A stretch of DNA of 63,949 nucleotides, the filler included, from Conidiobolus incongruus B7586 (Eukaryota), in the NCBI GenBank assembly GCA_000697335.1. It is 31 parts of 31 records of this genome, joined end to end, with 100 filler letters (N's around TTAATTAATTAA, not from the genome) between each part and the next. Parts side by side here need not be neighbours in the genome. Positions count along the whole stretch, not along the records: positions 27,913 to 28,956 come from JNEM01004750.1; positions 29,057 to 30,543 come from JNEM01004751.1; positions 30,644 to 32,194 come from JNEM01004753.1; positions 32,295 to 33,911 come from JNEM01004754.1; positions 34,012 to 35,616 come from JNEM01004757.1; positions 35,717 to 37,076 come from JNEM01004758.1; positions 37,177 to 38,635 come from JNEM01004759.1; positions 38,736 to 40,432 come from JNEM01004760.1; 23 more parts are not named here. One strand, 5' to 3'. Positions within the stretch are counted from its first letter, which is position 1, and the number at the start of each line of letters is the position of its first letter. The position numbers and the translations under genes were made by a program. Shown piece after piece: positions 27,913 to 41,852 of this stretch. The notes under the pieces were generated by a model. That model searched no databases, had not been told where the DNA came from, and was given only the letters and a program-made list of their open reading frames with translations.

Positions 27913-28956
27913 AGATATTAAACTTTTATTGATTTTATATCTTAAAATTTTAATATAGTTAAAATAACATTAAATAGTAATGTTTAAATGATTCTAATAA
28001 TATCAAAAATTATGAATTTATAACTTAAGTATTTTTTGATTTTGATATATTAAATAATAATTAATATAATTTATTATAATTTTATATTGTAAATATATTA
28101 TTTAAGCTAAATTATTTTAAAATAATAAAGAAAATATCTAAAACACGTCAAAATTTAAAAAAATAACCTTGTATATTATTATACAGATAATTATATTAAA
28201 TAAAAATTTTATCAAATATATTTTATTTATAATGGCTAGATATTTATTAAAATATTATATTTTTAGTTATATATAAACAATATATATATTATGGTTTATA
28301 TTTCAATTAATATAAAAAAATACAAAATAGGTAACTTAAAATCTAAATAAATTTTGCAAAACAGCTAAAGCAACTATTATTAAATGTATCTTATTAAATT
28401 TTTATCAATGATATAAGTTTTTAAATCAAATAATTATAAGTAATGAAATTTAAATTTTTTTATATTTTGATTTACTACAAATCAATTAAAATAATATTTT
28501 AAGAAACAAAGCTATTAATTTTTGATTTGTTAAATAAATGTTTTATTAATAAAATAAAAATTTATATATATTTTACTATAGTTATTTTATTATTTTTTGT
28601 TAGAACTAAAACAAATTAAATAAGAGTAATCTATTTATAATCATTTATATAATAGAAAAAGTAATTAAATATAATTTATTTCAAAAAAACATATCATTTT
28701 TTATTATAATTATAAAATACATAAATATTGAATAATAAAAATATATTTAATTTAAATGAAATTGTAAAAATTACCATGTCAAAAATATTTTATTGATTAT
28801 ATCTAACAAGTTTATAATGGAATTATTAATTTAAATAATTAATTCATAATAAAAATATTTTCAAACAAAAATTTAGTTGGATAAATTTTAAATTTTGGTA
28901 TGAAATAAAATACACTCTTCGGTAAGTATCAAAAGACTATTAATAATATAATAAAA
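27913..28956 (+). mobile_element. Very decayed mariner copy
   Basis: tacaaaataggtaacttaaaatct (KWVxxNL relic) at about 28321, taattataaaatacataaat at about 28707, attgtaaaaattaccatgtc at about 28761. Confidence 0.5.
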
Positions 28957-30280
28957 NNNNNNNNNNNNNNNNNNNNNNNNNNNNNNNNNNNNNNNNNNNN
29001 TTAATTAATTAANNNNNNNNNNNNNNNNNNNNNNNNNNNNNNNNNNNNNNNNNNNNTTTTTAATAATTTAATAAATTAAATTTCTTTAGTATATATAGTT
29101 TAATTTTTTGAATTAATAGTTTATTAAAAGTGTTGTTGATTAGTTTAGAATCTGGTAATTAATTTTAAAAATAGTTATTTTAAAGTTATATTAATATTAA
29201 TAAAGTTTAATACATAGTTAATAAATTATGATTATTAAAGATTAAATTAATATTATTTTTACAAAAAATATAAATTAGCTTTATAATTAAGTTTTTTAAT
29301 GATAATTACAGTTTTTATTAACTTTTCAATATATTTTAATTTTTTTGCTAAAATAATTTTATAAATCATTAAACCAAAAGCATCTATTATTTAATATTTA
29401 AATAAGTTAAAATAAGTTTTAAAAGAATAATTCTTTAGGTAGAAAATTTAATTATAAAATAAATGATTATATTAATTATAATTTTTATATCTAAGATATT
29501 AGAAAGAAAATATTATTAAAATATTATTTATTAACTAATTGAAGCTTTATTTAAAAATCAAAGCATTATTATAGCTTGTGAATTTATTTTTGTTTGTGAT
29601 ATTTAATATATTTAAATATACCTTATTAAATTTCTCAATTGGTTACCTTATAGAAATTTTTTATATAAGTTAACTATGCTTTAATTTTATAAAAATTGAT
29701 TTTATCAATAATATTTTTTTAAAGTTTTTTCTTATTATTTAAAATTTCTATATTTGTAATAGTTTGTTCTTTTTATTTTTTTTAAATTAAGCTTAAGATA
29801 AGTTAAATAATTAATATAAATAATTTTTTCCAAAAAAATAGCAAATTAAAGTTATTTTTAAAATCTTTATTAAAAAATAAATTAAAGTAATTCATTATTT
29901 TTTTAAAATAATTTTCAAGCATATAAAAATTTTTATTATTATTATTTATAGTTTATTTATCTTAAAAAATATTAAAGAGTTGATTTAATATGATAAAATA
30001 ATGAAATATCTAGTATATTAGATTTAATCTTTTGAAATAAATTTTTTTTAACCAAAGGCTTTTTAATATAAATTCCTTAAAACGTAATAAGTTTTTGAAA
30101 ATTAATATGTTTACTTTACTTAGTAATCAAACTATTATCTTTATTAAAATATTATAAGGGTATTTTTTTTAATTGATATTAAAATATATAATGATGAATT
30201 TAAATAAAATAATTAATAGGTAAGATTTAAAATAACAAAAAATAAAAAAAAGTTTTTAGTTTTCTAATAATATTATATTA

Positions 30281-30543
30281 ATTTTATTGTTGTTATTAAA
30301 TAAGTATAATAGTAATTAAGCAAATATATTATAATAAAAGACTTAATATATAAGTAATATAATATAAAATATGATAGGGTAATATAAATTATATTTTGTA
30401 TATATATAAAAAGTGTAATATAACTTTAAACTAAGATAAGTTACTAATATATTAAGTTTTATATTAGGTAGTGCTTATATATTATAATATTAATAAAATA
30501 TAGTTTTAATATATAATCAATATAATAGATAAAAAATATTAAG
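30281..30543. repeat. Unidentified repeat family, copy 1
   Basis: Colinear with 50756-51010 (gataagttactaatatattaa..tttatattag.tagtg.t.atata.tataatattaata). Confidence 0.7.
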
Positions 30544-30662
30544 NNNNNNNNNNNNNNNNNNNNNNNNNNNNNNNNNNNNNNNNNNNNTTAATTAATTAAN
30601 NNNNNNNNNNNNNNNNNNNNNNNNNNNNNNNNNNNNNNNNNNNATAATAAATTAAAATAATA

Positions 30663-32194
30663 TACTAACCCATTAAGATAAGTCATAACATCAAAAAAAC
30701 ATATATTTTTACTAATAACTTAATTAATATTTAATAAAATAAACCTATTTTAAATAGTTAAAATCTATTATATTTATTAATAATATTTATCATTAATTGA
30801 TTATATTTAGCTATTAATTAGTTAAAATATAAACTTTAAATTTTACTTAAGATAAGTTATAAATTTATAGGTTTTTGGTGATAAAAAAATTAAAACTTAA
30901 TATATCTATCTTTAGCTTTTCTAACTTCTTTAAGTTTATAAGGTATAAAATCAATTAACTTTTTACACTAGGAAAGGTTAATCTTATTTTATGCTTCTTA
31001 AATATATTCTTAAAGCTGATCTAAATATTTTGTTAGGAGGAAAGCTTTAATAGCTTTTTTTAACTGATCTTAAAGATATTTAATTAAATTAAAATTAAAA
31101 AATTAAAGAAGCTATTTTATAATTATTATTGTGCTATTTTTAAGCTATTTAGTAATAAAAGTTATAAAATAATAAGAGGCATTACTTTGCTAAAAAATAA
31201 CATTAGATTTGTTTAACCTATATTATTCAATAGTTTTTTTCAATTCATTATTTAGAATATTTTAATATATCTCAATATTATTTCCCCTATTAACTTTATA
31301 AAAATACCTTATATCTAAAGACAATATACATCCCTAAATAATATTTAACTTATTATTTTACTTTTAGGTAGAATTAACATAATGGTTATAAAATAGTTTT
31401 GTATCTTTTCTAAAGTATCTAGCTTTTTTATTAGATTAACTAAGGTATATTTTTGTTTTATCAGACTAAATAAACTTATTCTAATTAGTTTCAGTTTATT
31501 ATTAGTGATGATATTTAAACTCCCACCTAACTTTGTGATGGGATCTTTTTAGTTAAGGGTGTTTTTTCTTGAGATATAAGTAGTATCTATATTAATATAA
31601 AGTATATATAATAGTATTAGTGCTAACTAATATTCTTTTATTGTCTTATAATTCCTGCTATATTTCTATAGCAATATTACACTTGCTTATACTAACTAAT
31701 CTATAAATATATTTTTTATCATATTTATCTATAATTTTAACATATTTAAGTTTAAGTTTAAATGTGTCTTTATTGTTATCCTTAACAAACTTAGCTATAG
31801 TAAACTAGCTAACACTAGTAATTCTAACAATATCATAAGTTAATTTATGTTTTTTATAAAGCTGATTAATACATAAATAGATTTTTTTATAGTTGGATTT
31901 AAGTATAATAATACTAATAAAAAGAGTTTAGTATATTTGTAAAATATTATAATAAAAAATAGCAAAAAAAGAAAAAAGATATGGTTATATATTGTTAAAT
32001 ATATCCTTTTATCTCAAAAACCTGCAAATTTAAAACTCACCTTAGTTAAATATTAAAAGTTAATATTTTTGCTAATAATTCACTAATTACATCTAAATAT
32101 ATTCATTTATTATCAAATAATATATCTTAAATATATATTATAGTTTCAAGTAATCTAATATATATAATTGTTTTAGTTATTAATAAAATATTTT
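30663..32194 (-). mobile_element. Mutated Tc1 (DD34E), near full length
   Basis: TA followed by tactaacccattaagataagtcataa terminus. tcagacta (W>*, S, D) at about 31461, aaactcccacctaactttgtgatggga, inner repeat at about 32030. Confidence 0.88.
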
Positions 32195-32391
32195 NNNNNN
32201 NNNNNNNNNNNNNNNNNNNNNNNNNNNNNNNNNNNNNNTTAATTAATTAANNNNNNNNNNNNNNNNNNNNNNNNNNNNNNNNNNNNNNNNNNNNAAATTT
32301 TAGATTTTAAATTTTTAAACTATAAAATTATAGTTTTTATATAATAATTTTAATTTTATTAAATTAAAAATATTACATTAAGTTAATAATA

Positions 32392-32516
32392 TTATTATAA
32401 TTATAAAAAATTATAATTTTTTATTTTCTGTTTTTTCAAACTTATTTTTAATTTAAAATTAAAAGATATATACAAAATAAATAGGAAAATAAATAGTTTT
32501 GAATTATATATATATA
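32392..32516 (+). mobile_element. Mariner 5' end interrupted at its (TA)n tract by a Tc1
   Basis: ataggaaaataaatagttttgaattatatatatata is the reverse complement of 35421-35460. Confidence 0.65.
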
Positions 32517-33911
32517 GACTAGCTTGCAAAAATAAATTATAAAATTAACAATATAAATATTTTTATTAATAACTTAATCAATTCTAATTTAAATAAATTT
32601 ATATTAAGCTATGTAATTAATATATATTTTTATCTATAATATAATATATAAAATTAAATTTAATTAATTATTAATTGATATATTAAAGTTAAAAATATAT
32701 CTAAAATGAGTCATAAATTTGCAGGTTTTAATATTGATAGAAAAATTAATATTTAATATATCCACCTTTTGCTTTTCTAATTTCTTTAAGTTTGTAGGGT
32801 ATAGAGTCAATTAGCTTCTTATATTAAATAGGATTAATATTATTCTAAGCTTCTTAAATATACTTTTAAAGTTGATCTAAGTTTTTTGCTAAAGGGAAAT
32901 TTTTAATAGATTTTTTTAATTGATCCCAAAGATATTTAATTAGGTTAAAGTTAAGAGATTGAGGAGATTATTTCATAATAGTTATTTTGTTATTTTTAAG
33001 CCATTTGATAGTATAATTTATAATATAGCAAAGAGTATTATTTTGTTGAAAAATAATTTTAATTTATTTAATCTATACTACTTAATAGTTTTTTTCAATT
33101 TATTATTTAGAATACTTTGGTATATCTTAGCATTAATTCCCTTATCAACCTTATAAAAATACCCTATACCTAATGATAATATATACCTTAAACTATAATT
33201 AACCCACTATTATATTTTTGGGTTATAATAACATAATGGTTATAAAATAATTCTTTATCTTTTTTGAAACTTTAATCTTTTTTATTTAATCTGTTAAAAT
33301 ATATCTTTGTTTCATCAAACTAAATAACTTTATTCTAGTTAGTTTTAGTTCAACTTTAGTATTGTCATATAAACTCCCATCTAGCTTTATAATGGGATTT
33401 CTTTAATTGGGGGTGTTTTTTCATAAGGTGTAAGCAATATTTATTCTAATAAAAAGCATATATAATAGTATCAATACTAACTAATATTTTTATATAGTTT
33501 TATAATTCTTGTTATACTTCTATAATAGTATTATATTTACTTTATTAACTACTCTATAAATATACTTTTTATTATATTTATCTATAATCTTAATATACTT
33601 AAGTTTTGATTTAAATGTTTTTTTAATATTATTCTTAATAACCCTAGCTATAATAGATTAGCTAGCACTAGTAATTCTAGCAATCTCATAAGTAGATTTA
33701 TTTTTATTATAGAGTTTATTAATATGTAAGTGAATTTTTTAGAGAGAAATTTAGGTATTATAATATTAATTTTAAAATATCAACTTAATAATTTTATAAT
33801 ATATATAATATTACAAAAAAAAGATATATATAAATTTTGTTATTTATATCCCTTTAATATATAAACTTATAAATTTATAACTTATCTTAGTTAAATTTTA
33901 AGTTTTGATAT
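32517..33911 (-). mobile_element. Mutated Tc1 (DD34E) copy
   Basis: Terminus gactagcttgcaaaaataaattataaaa and inner repeat atgagtcataaatttgcagg at about 32706. DETK retained (ctttgtttcatc, about 33305-33316). Confidence 0.88.
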
Positions 33912-34246
33912 NNNNNNNNNNNNNNNNNNNNNNNNNNNNNNNNNNNNNNNNNNNNTTAATTAATTAANNNNNNNNNNNNNNNNNNNNNNNNNNNNNNNNN
34001 NNNNNNNNNNNTCTAATGAGTATATTAAATATAATAGCTTTTTTTAATTATTTTATTAGAGAATTTTTAAAATTTTAAATTTATATCATTTATAATTATC
34101 ATATAATAGAATTAATTTTATTAATATATATTAAATATATTATTGAAAAATAATTTAAAAATATAATATAAAATTTATTATTAATTGATTTTAGATATAA
34201 ATTAAAATAACCTATATTATTGTAATTTATTATAATAACTTGATTA

Positions 34247-35550
34247 TTATTTTTTAATTTAAATAATGGGAATTTTTTATAATTGAAAACAAAATTAATA
34301 TTTTAATATATAAAAATAAAAATAAATAAATAATATAAAATTAATAGTTTTTTTTATTATTAATAGCTTTTTGCTATATTTTTAACAAAGACCTAATACC
34401 TAAAAAATAATTTTTTTTATTAAGACTAAAATTTAATATTTCACAAACTAATTAAATTTTTCTGTAGAAATTTTCTTTCTTATAAGCTAGTTTTTTAATC
34501 ACCTAAAATAATTATAATCACATTGATTATAATCTAAAAAATATACTGGATATGGTAGTTTTTTCTAGATATTTTTGATTAAAAAGTTTTATATAATAGA
34601 TTTATATATTACAATTATTATACAAAATAATAGGCTTTTTTAGTTTATATTAAGAATACTAATTAAAAATAGTTTTACTTAAAAAAGAAATATAAAGTTT
34701 ACTATTGATTGATTTTCCTTAAAAAATTAAATAAAAATAGTATATGCTATTATAATCAATTATAATAATTAATATCCACTTATCAATAAAATATTTATTT
34801 AAAGGAATTTATAAAAAAGATTGATTTAGCTTAATTTAACAACTTGATTTATATTTTAGCAAAGGATTATACAAAAGAATCTAAGATTCATCAATTATAG
34901 TAATTTATTGTAAAAGCCTTGGTTTTTAGCTATACCTTAGTAAACTTTATTTAGCAATAACTACTCTAATTTAATTTAAGCTTTAATTAAATTATAAGAT
35001 ATATATTTTATTATTTTATTAATTAATTTTAATTTATATTTTAATATATATAAAATACTTATGTAACTAATATTAAAGAGTTTTGATAACTCTTTAGCTG
35101 AAATAAAAAGATGCTTGTTAATATATTTTTTAATTTATTAATAATTAGAAGAATAATAATTAAAATTAGTCTTTTAGATTTTAACAAGTTTTAGGTAATT
35201 TCTCTATTAGCTTTAAAATAATTTATCTAGTAATAAATTGTTAATTTAGATAATACTTTATTATTAAAAGCTATTTGTAAATTTTAAATGATTTTAGAAG
35301 ATTTGTGGTTAAGCTTTACTAATACTAAAATAAAAAACTTTTGATAGTTATTTTTTAGATTAAGCATAATTATATTAAACATCCAATATTGAAAAAATAA
35401 TTTTTTAATCAAAAAAATTATTATATATATATAATTCAAAACTATTTATTATCCTATTTGTTTTATATATATTTTTTTATTTAAAACTAATAATATATTT
35501 GAAAAATCAAAAATTAAAAAATTTCCTATTTTTTTAATTCTATGATTAAA
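34247..35550 (-). mobile_element. Full-length mutated mariner (about 1.3 kb)
   Basis: TIR ttattttttaatttaaataatgggaatttt. atactggatatggtag (LPYPVY) at about 34543, gattcatcaat (IDES) at about 34885, degenerate 5' TIR at about 35515-35550. Confidence 0.87.
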
Positions 35551-35716
35551 TATTTTAATCAAAATTTATTAAAAAAAATTATAAGAGGTTAAAATTTTAT
35601 CAAGTTTTAAATAGTTNNNNNNNNNNNNNNNNNNNNNNNNNNNNNNNNNNNNNNNNNNNNTTAATTAATTAANNNNNNNNNNNNNNNNNNNNNNNNNNNN
35701 NNNNNNNNNNNNNNNN

Positions 35717-37076
35717 TAATTTAATTAATATTTAACAAAATAAATTTAAATTAAATAATTAAAATCTATTATATTTTTTAATAATATATATAATTAAATG
35801 ATAATATTTAGTTATTCATTGACTAATATATAAACTATTTAATTTTATTTAAGATAAGTTATAAATTTATAGATTATTGATGATAAATAAAATTAAAATT
35901 TATTATATTTATCTATAGCTTTTCTTACTTTTTTAAGTTTATAAGGTATAGAAATAATTAACTTTAATACTAAAAAGGGTTAATTTTATTTTATATTTTT
36001 TAAATATATTCCTAAAGTTATTTTAAATTTTTTATTAAAAGGAAAAATTTAAAAACTTTTTTTAATTAATCCTAAAGGTATTTAATTAAATTAAGATTAA
36101 AAAATTAAAAAAGCCACTTTATAAATATTATTTTATTAATTTTAAGTTATTTGGTAATAAAAGTTATAATATAACAAGAGGTATTGTTTTACTAGAAAAT
36201 AATATTAGAATTGTTTAATTTATATTATTTAATAGTTTTTTTTTAAATTATTATATATAATATTTTAATATATCTCAATATTAATTCCCTTATTAACTTT
36301 ACAAAGATATCTTATATCTAAAGACAACATATATTCTTAAATAATAATTAACTTATCATTGTATTTTTAGGTAAAATTAACATGATAGTTATAAAATAAT
36401 TTTATATTTTTTCTAAAGTATTTAATTTTTTATTAGATTTATTAAGATATATTTTTGTTTTATTAGATTAAATAACCTTATTTTAATTAATTTTAATTAA
36501 ATATTAATAATGACATTTAAACTCTTATCTAACTTTATAATGGGATTTTTTAATTGGGGGTGTTTTTTCTTAAAGCATAGGTAGTATCTATGTTAACATA
36601 AAATATATATAATACTATTAGTGTTAATTAATATTTTTTTATAGTTTTATAGTTCTAATTATATTTTCATAATAATACCATAATTATTTTTATTAATTAA
36701 CCTAAAAATATACTTTTTATTATATTTTTTATAATCTTAAAATATTTAAGTTTAAGTTTAAATATGTTTTTATTATTATTCTTAATAACTTTAACTATAA
36801 TAAACTAGTTATCACTAGTAATTCTAGTAATATCATAAGTTTATTTATCTCTTTTATAAATTAGATTAATATATAAATAAATCTTTTTAGAGAGGGATTT
36901 AAATATAATAATAATGATAATAGAAATTTAATATATTTATAAAGTATTATATAAAATAATAACAATGAAAGAAAAAAAATATAGTAATATATTGTTCAAT
37001 ATATTCTCTTATCTTAAAAACTTGCAAATTTATAACTCAACTTGGTTAAATATTAAGAGTTAATATTTTTGCCAAT
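35717..37076 (-). mobile_element. Mutated Tc1 (DD34E), both outer ends cut by gaps
   Basis: Colinear with 30740-32075. aattgggggtgttttttctt (KKKHPQL) at about 36552. Confidence 0.88.
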
Positions 37077-37176
37077 NNNNNNNNNNNNNNNNNNNNNNNN
37101 NNNNNNNNNNNNNNNNNNNNTTAATTAATTAANNNNNNNNNNNNNNNNNNNNNNNNNNNNNNNNNNNNNNNNNNNN

Positions 37177-38588
37177 AAATTTTAAATAAGATGAGTTATA
37201 AATTTACAGGTTTAAGAGTTAAAAAGATATATAAAACAAAAATTACTTAAATTTTTTTTTATTAAATTATATATATATATATATATAATATTATTATTAT
37301 TATAAATTATTATTGTAAAATATTATTTTAAATAATATTAGTATTAAAATACCTAAATCCCTCTCTAAAAAGATTCACTTGTATATTAATTAACTTTATA
37401 ATAAAGATAAATTAATTTGTGAAATTGTTGTAATTATTAATGCTAGTTAATCTATTATAGCTAGGGCTGTTAAAAATTATAATAAAGATATATCTAAACC
37501 TAAATATAAATATATTAAGATTATAGATAAACATGCTAAAAGTTATATTAATAGGTTGATTAATATAGATAAATATAATACCATTATAAAAGTATAGAAA
37601 GAATTATAAGACTATATAAAAATATTAGTTAATATTAATACTATTATATATACTTTATATTATAATAGATATCATTTGCAGCTTAAGAAAAAACACCTTT
37701 AACTAAAAAAGTCATATTATAAAACTAGGTGGGAGTTTGAATATTATTATTAAAATTGAACCAAAATTAATTAGAGTAAGGTTATTTAGTTTAATGATAC
37801 AAAAATATTTTTTAGTGAATCAATAAAAAAGCTAGATATTTTAGAAAAGACAAAGAATTACTTTATAGCTATTATGTTATTTCAACCCAAAAATATAATA
37901 ATAGGTTAATTATAATTTAGGGATATATACTATCTTTTGGTGTAGGATATCTTTGTAAAATTAATAGAGGAATTAATATTGTGATATATTAAAATATTTT
38001 ACATAATTAATTAAAAAAACTATTAAGTGGTATAAATTAAATAAATCAGATGTTATTTTCCAACAAGATAATACCTTTTGCTATACTATTATTTTTATTA
38101 CCAAATAGTTTAAAAATAATAAAATAATAGTTATATAATAGCCTTTTTAATCCCCTACCTTTAATCTAATTAAATACCTTTGGGATCAGTTAAAAAAATA
38201 GTTAAAGCTTTCCCATTAGCAAAAAATTTAAATAAACTTTGGGAATATATTTAAGAAGCTTAGAATAAAATTAATCCTTCTCAATATAAGAAATTAGTTG
38301 ACTCTATACCATATAAACTTAAGGAAGTTAAGAAAGCAAAAGATAGATATATAAGTTTTAATTTTTTTATAACCAAAATATATAAATTTATAACTTATTT
38401 TAGGTAAAATTGAAATTTAAATATATTAACTAAAATTTAGTATAATTAAATCAAATATATTTCATTATAAATAAAAAATATAAATTTATTATATATTTTA
38501 ATTTAAATTAATTTGATTAAGAATTAACAGAGTTATTGATAATAATATATATAATTATAATTTTATAACTTACTTTTGCAAGCTAATG
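37177..38588 (+). mobile_element. Mutated Tc1 (DD34E) copy
   Basis: gttattttccaacaagataat (VIFQQDN) at about 38052, tacctttgggatcag (YLWDQ) at about 38175. Terminus ttttataacttacttttgcaagctaatg followed by TA. Confidence 0.9.
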
Positions 38589-38735
38589 TATATAATAATT
38601 ATATAATTGAATATAAATCTATTTATAATAAAAATNNNNNNNNNNNNNNNNNNNNNNNNNNNNNNNNNNNNNNNNNNNNTTAATTAATTAANNNNNNNNN
38701 NNNNNNNNNNNNNNNNNNNNNNNNNNNNNNNNNNN

Positions 38736-40285
38736 TTAAATTATTTTAATTTGAAAATATATATTTAGATTTAATCATATTTAAACTAAATTATAATTAT
38801 CCAAAGGCTTTTATTTTATATCTTTAAAACTTAATTATAAATTCTTTAAAATTATTTAAAACTTATAAATAGCTTATGAAGATGGTATTTTATCTAAAAC
38901 TACCATATATCATTAGATTTATAATTTTAAAGTTAGAAAGGATATTATTTAAAATTTACTAAAACCTAAAATATTAATTTTTACTATTACTATTTTATTT
39001 ACCAATAAAATAAAAAAATATATAAAGAAATACCCTTTTATTTTTGTTAGAAAGTTATCAAAGTAATTTATTATTAATTATACAAGTATGTTATATTTAC
39101 TTAAGCTTAAACTTAAATTAATTAATAAAAATATAAAATGGATATCTTATAATTTAATAAAAGCCTAAAAGAAAACTAGAGTAATTATACTTAAATTAAA
39201 ATTAATAGGATATAACTAAAAACAAAGGTTTTTATAATAGATACTTGCAATTAATAAATCTTAAATTATTTTATAATCCTTTACTTAAAAATAAAACAAA
39301 ATGTTAGGTTAAGCTAAATCAATTCTTTTTATAAATCCAATGAATAAATATTTTAAATATAAGAAAATATTAATTATTATTGATTTTTTAAGTTAAGTTC
39401 TGATTAGATAGGATTATATATATTATTAATCTCTGAGTTACCTCATATTTCTATTATTTCCAATCAAAATAAAATTAAATTATATTAATTTTAGGATAAA
39501 TTCATTAGATAAAATATTAATAAGGGCTAGTAATAAAATATATCTTGAATTTTTATTTCTAAAATAACCAACAAATTCTTCCTTTTTTATCATAAAAATA
39601 CAAATCCTCTTTTTATATAAATGTTAAATTCTTATAATTTATCAAATAAAATTAAAATAAATCAATTTTTAATAGTAAAATGGTAAAATAAAAAAAATAA
39701 AAAAAATAAAATAGTAAAATAATGAAATAGCTGATTGACATTATTTTTAGCCAATAACTTAATAATTATTATAATGGATTATAAGGATATATAGACTTTT
39801 TATTTAATAACTCAAAATAAATTAATAATAAATCATATATTATTTTTTAAAAAAAATAATTTTTAAATGGTATTATCAATATAAATTAAAAACACCTATT
39901 ATTTTGCATAATAATTATAAAATATATAAATCTAAAGCTATAAAATAATTATTATATAAAGAAATTAAAAAAGTTACTATATCTAATATATTTACCTAAT
40001 TATAACCCATATGATTATAATTATTTTAAATAATTAAAAAAATAGCTTGCAAGAAAAAAAATTCCTGAAAATAAATTTAATTGGTTTATAAAATATTAAA
40101 TTCTAGTCTATATTAAAAAAACTCTTTTTTAGATATTAAAAGTTTACCAAAGATATGGAAAAAGGTTATTAATAATAAAAGAGGCTATTAATTTTATATT
40201 ATTCATTAATTTTTATATTTTATTCATTAATTTATTTATTTAATTTTAATTTCAAAATTATACCAATACTTAATTTTTATATTAA
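38736..40285 (+). mobile_element. Mutated mariner (second subfamily) carrying a 382-bp insertion
   Basis: Colinear with the reverse complement of 40539-41700 except 39381-39762. Ends aaaattataccaatacttaatttttatattaa followed by TA. Confidence 0.85.
39381..39762. mobile_element. Non-autonomous insertion flanked by a 10-bp direct repeat TAATTATTAT
   Basis: taattattat at 39371-39380 and 39763-39772, single copy in uninterrupted mariners. End motif aatgaaatagctgatt recurs at about 42759. Confidence 0.6.
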
Positions 40286-40538
40286 TATTTATATTTAAAT
40301 AATTAAATTATTTAAAAGATTTTATTGATTTTTTTATTAAATTTACTATTTCTTTAACTAGTCTTTGAAAAAAATAATTTAATTTGGAATAAAATTTATA
40401 TATATATATTTCAATTTTTTATATTATTAATTNNNNNNNNNNNNNNNNNNNNNNNNNNNNNNNNNNNNNNNNNNNNTTAATTAATTAANNNNNNNNNNNN
40501 NNNNNNNNNNNNNNNNNNNNNNNNNNNNNNNNAAAATA

Positions 40539-41852
40539 TTAATATAGAAATTAAGTAATGGTATAATTTTAAAATTAAAATTAAATAAATTAATCAATAA
40601 ATAATATATAACAATTAATAAATAATATTAAATTAATAGCCTTTTCTATTATTAACAGCTCTTTTCTATATCTTTAATAGACTTCTAATATTAAAAAACA
40701 TTTCTTTTTATTAAAAACTAAAATATAATATTTTACAAACCAATTTAATTTATTTTCAGGAATTTTTTTTCTTGCAAGCTATTTTTTTAATTTTTTAATA
40801 TAATTATAATTATATAGGTTGTAATTAGGTGAATATATTATATATGGTAATTTCATTTATTTTTTTATATAAAAATCTTTTATTGTTTTTGTTGTAAATA
40901 TTTTATAATTAATATGTAAAATAATAGGTGTTTTTAATTTATATTGAGAACACCATTTAGAAAGTGTTTTATTTAAAAAAATAATATATAGTTTATAATT
41001 AATTGATTTTCCTCAAGGTATTAAATAAGAAAACTATATGCAATTATAATCTATTATAATAATTAACATTTATGTATATTTAAAGTAATTATTTATTAAT
41101 ATTTATAAAAGGGATTAATTTAGCTTAACTTAACATTTTGTTTTATTTTTAAGTAAAGGATTATATAAAAAAATCCAAGATTCATCAATTATGAATATTT
41201 GTTATAAAAACCTTTGTTTAATTATATCATAATAAGTTTAGTTTAATTATAGCTATTTTAGTTTTTTTTTAGGTTTTTGTTAAATTATAAGGTATCCATT
41301 TTATATTTTTATTAATTAATCTAAGTTCAAACTTAAGTAAATATATAATTCTTATATAATTAATATTAAATTACTTTGATAATTCTTTAACAAAAATAAA
41401 AAGTTATTTCTTATTATATTTTTTTACTCTATTGTTAAGTAAAAAAATAACAATATAAATTAATCTTTTAGATTTTAATAAATTTTAAATAATATCCCTT
41501 CAAGCTTTAAAATCACAAATCTAGTGATATATGGTAGTTTTAGATAAAATATTATCTTTATAAGCTATTTACAAGTTTTAGATGATTTTAAAAGATTTAT
41601 AATTAAGTTCTAAAAATAAAAAAATAAAAGCCTTTTGATAATCATAATCTAGTTTAAATATGATTAAATTTAAATATAAATTTTAAAATCAAAATATTAC
41701 AATAAAAAAAATAATTCAAATTAAATATATAAATATAGTTTAAATATATCTGTTTTCCTATATATTTGATATATATAGAATTTTTCAAAATATATAATAT
41801 GTTTAAAGGATCAGATATTAAAAAATATGCCATTTTTTAATTTCCATACTAA
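40539..41852 (-). mobile_element. Full-length mutated mariner (DD34D), 1314 bp, TA target duplication
   Basis: TA-ttaatatagaaattaagtaatggtataatttt ... aaaaatatgccattttttaatttccatactaa-TA form imperfect ~30-bp TIRs. IDESWI intact (aatccaagattcatcaat, about 41172-41189). KWIPYNL at about 41283-41303. Confidence 0.9.

Noticed and set aside
32959..33156. 65-aa + strand ORF
   Set aside because: Antisense to a Tc1 transposase relic.
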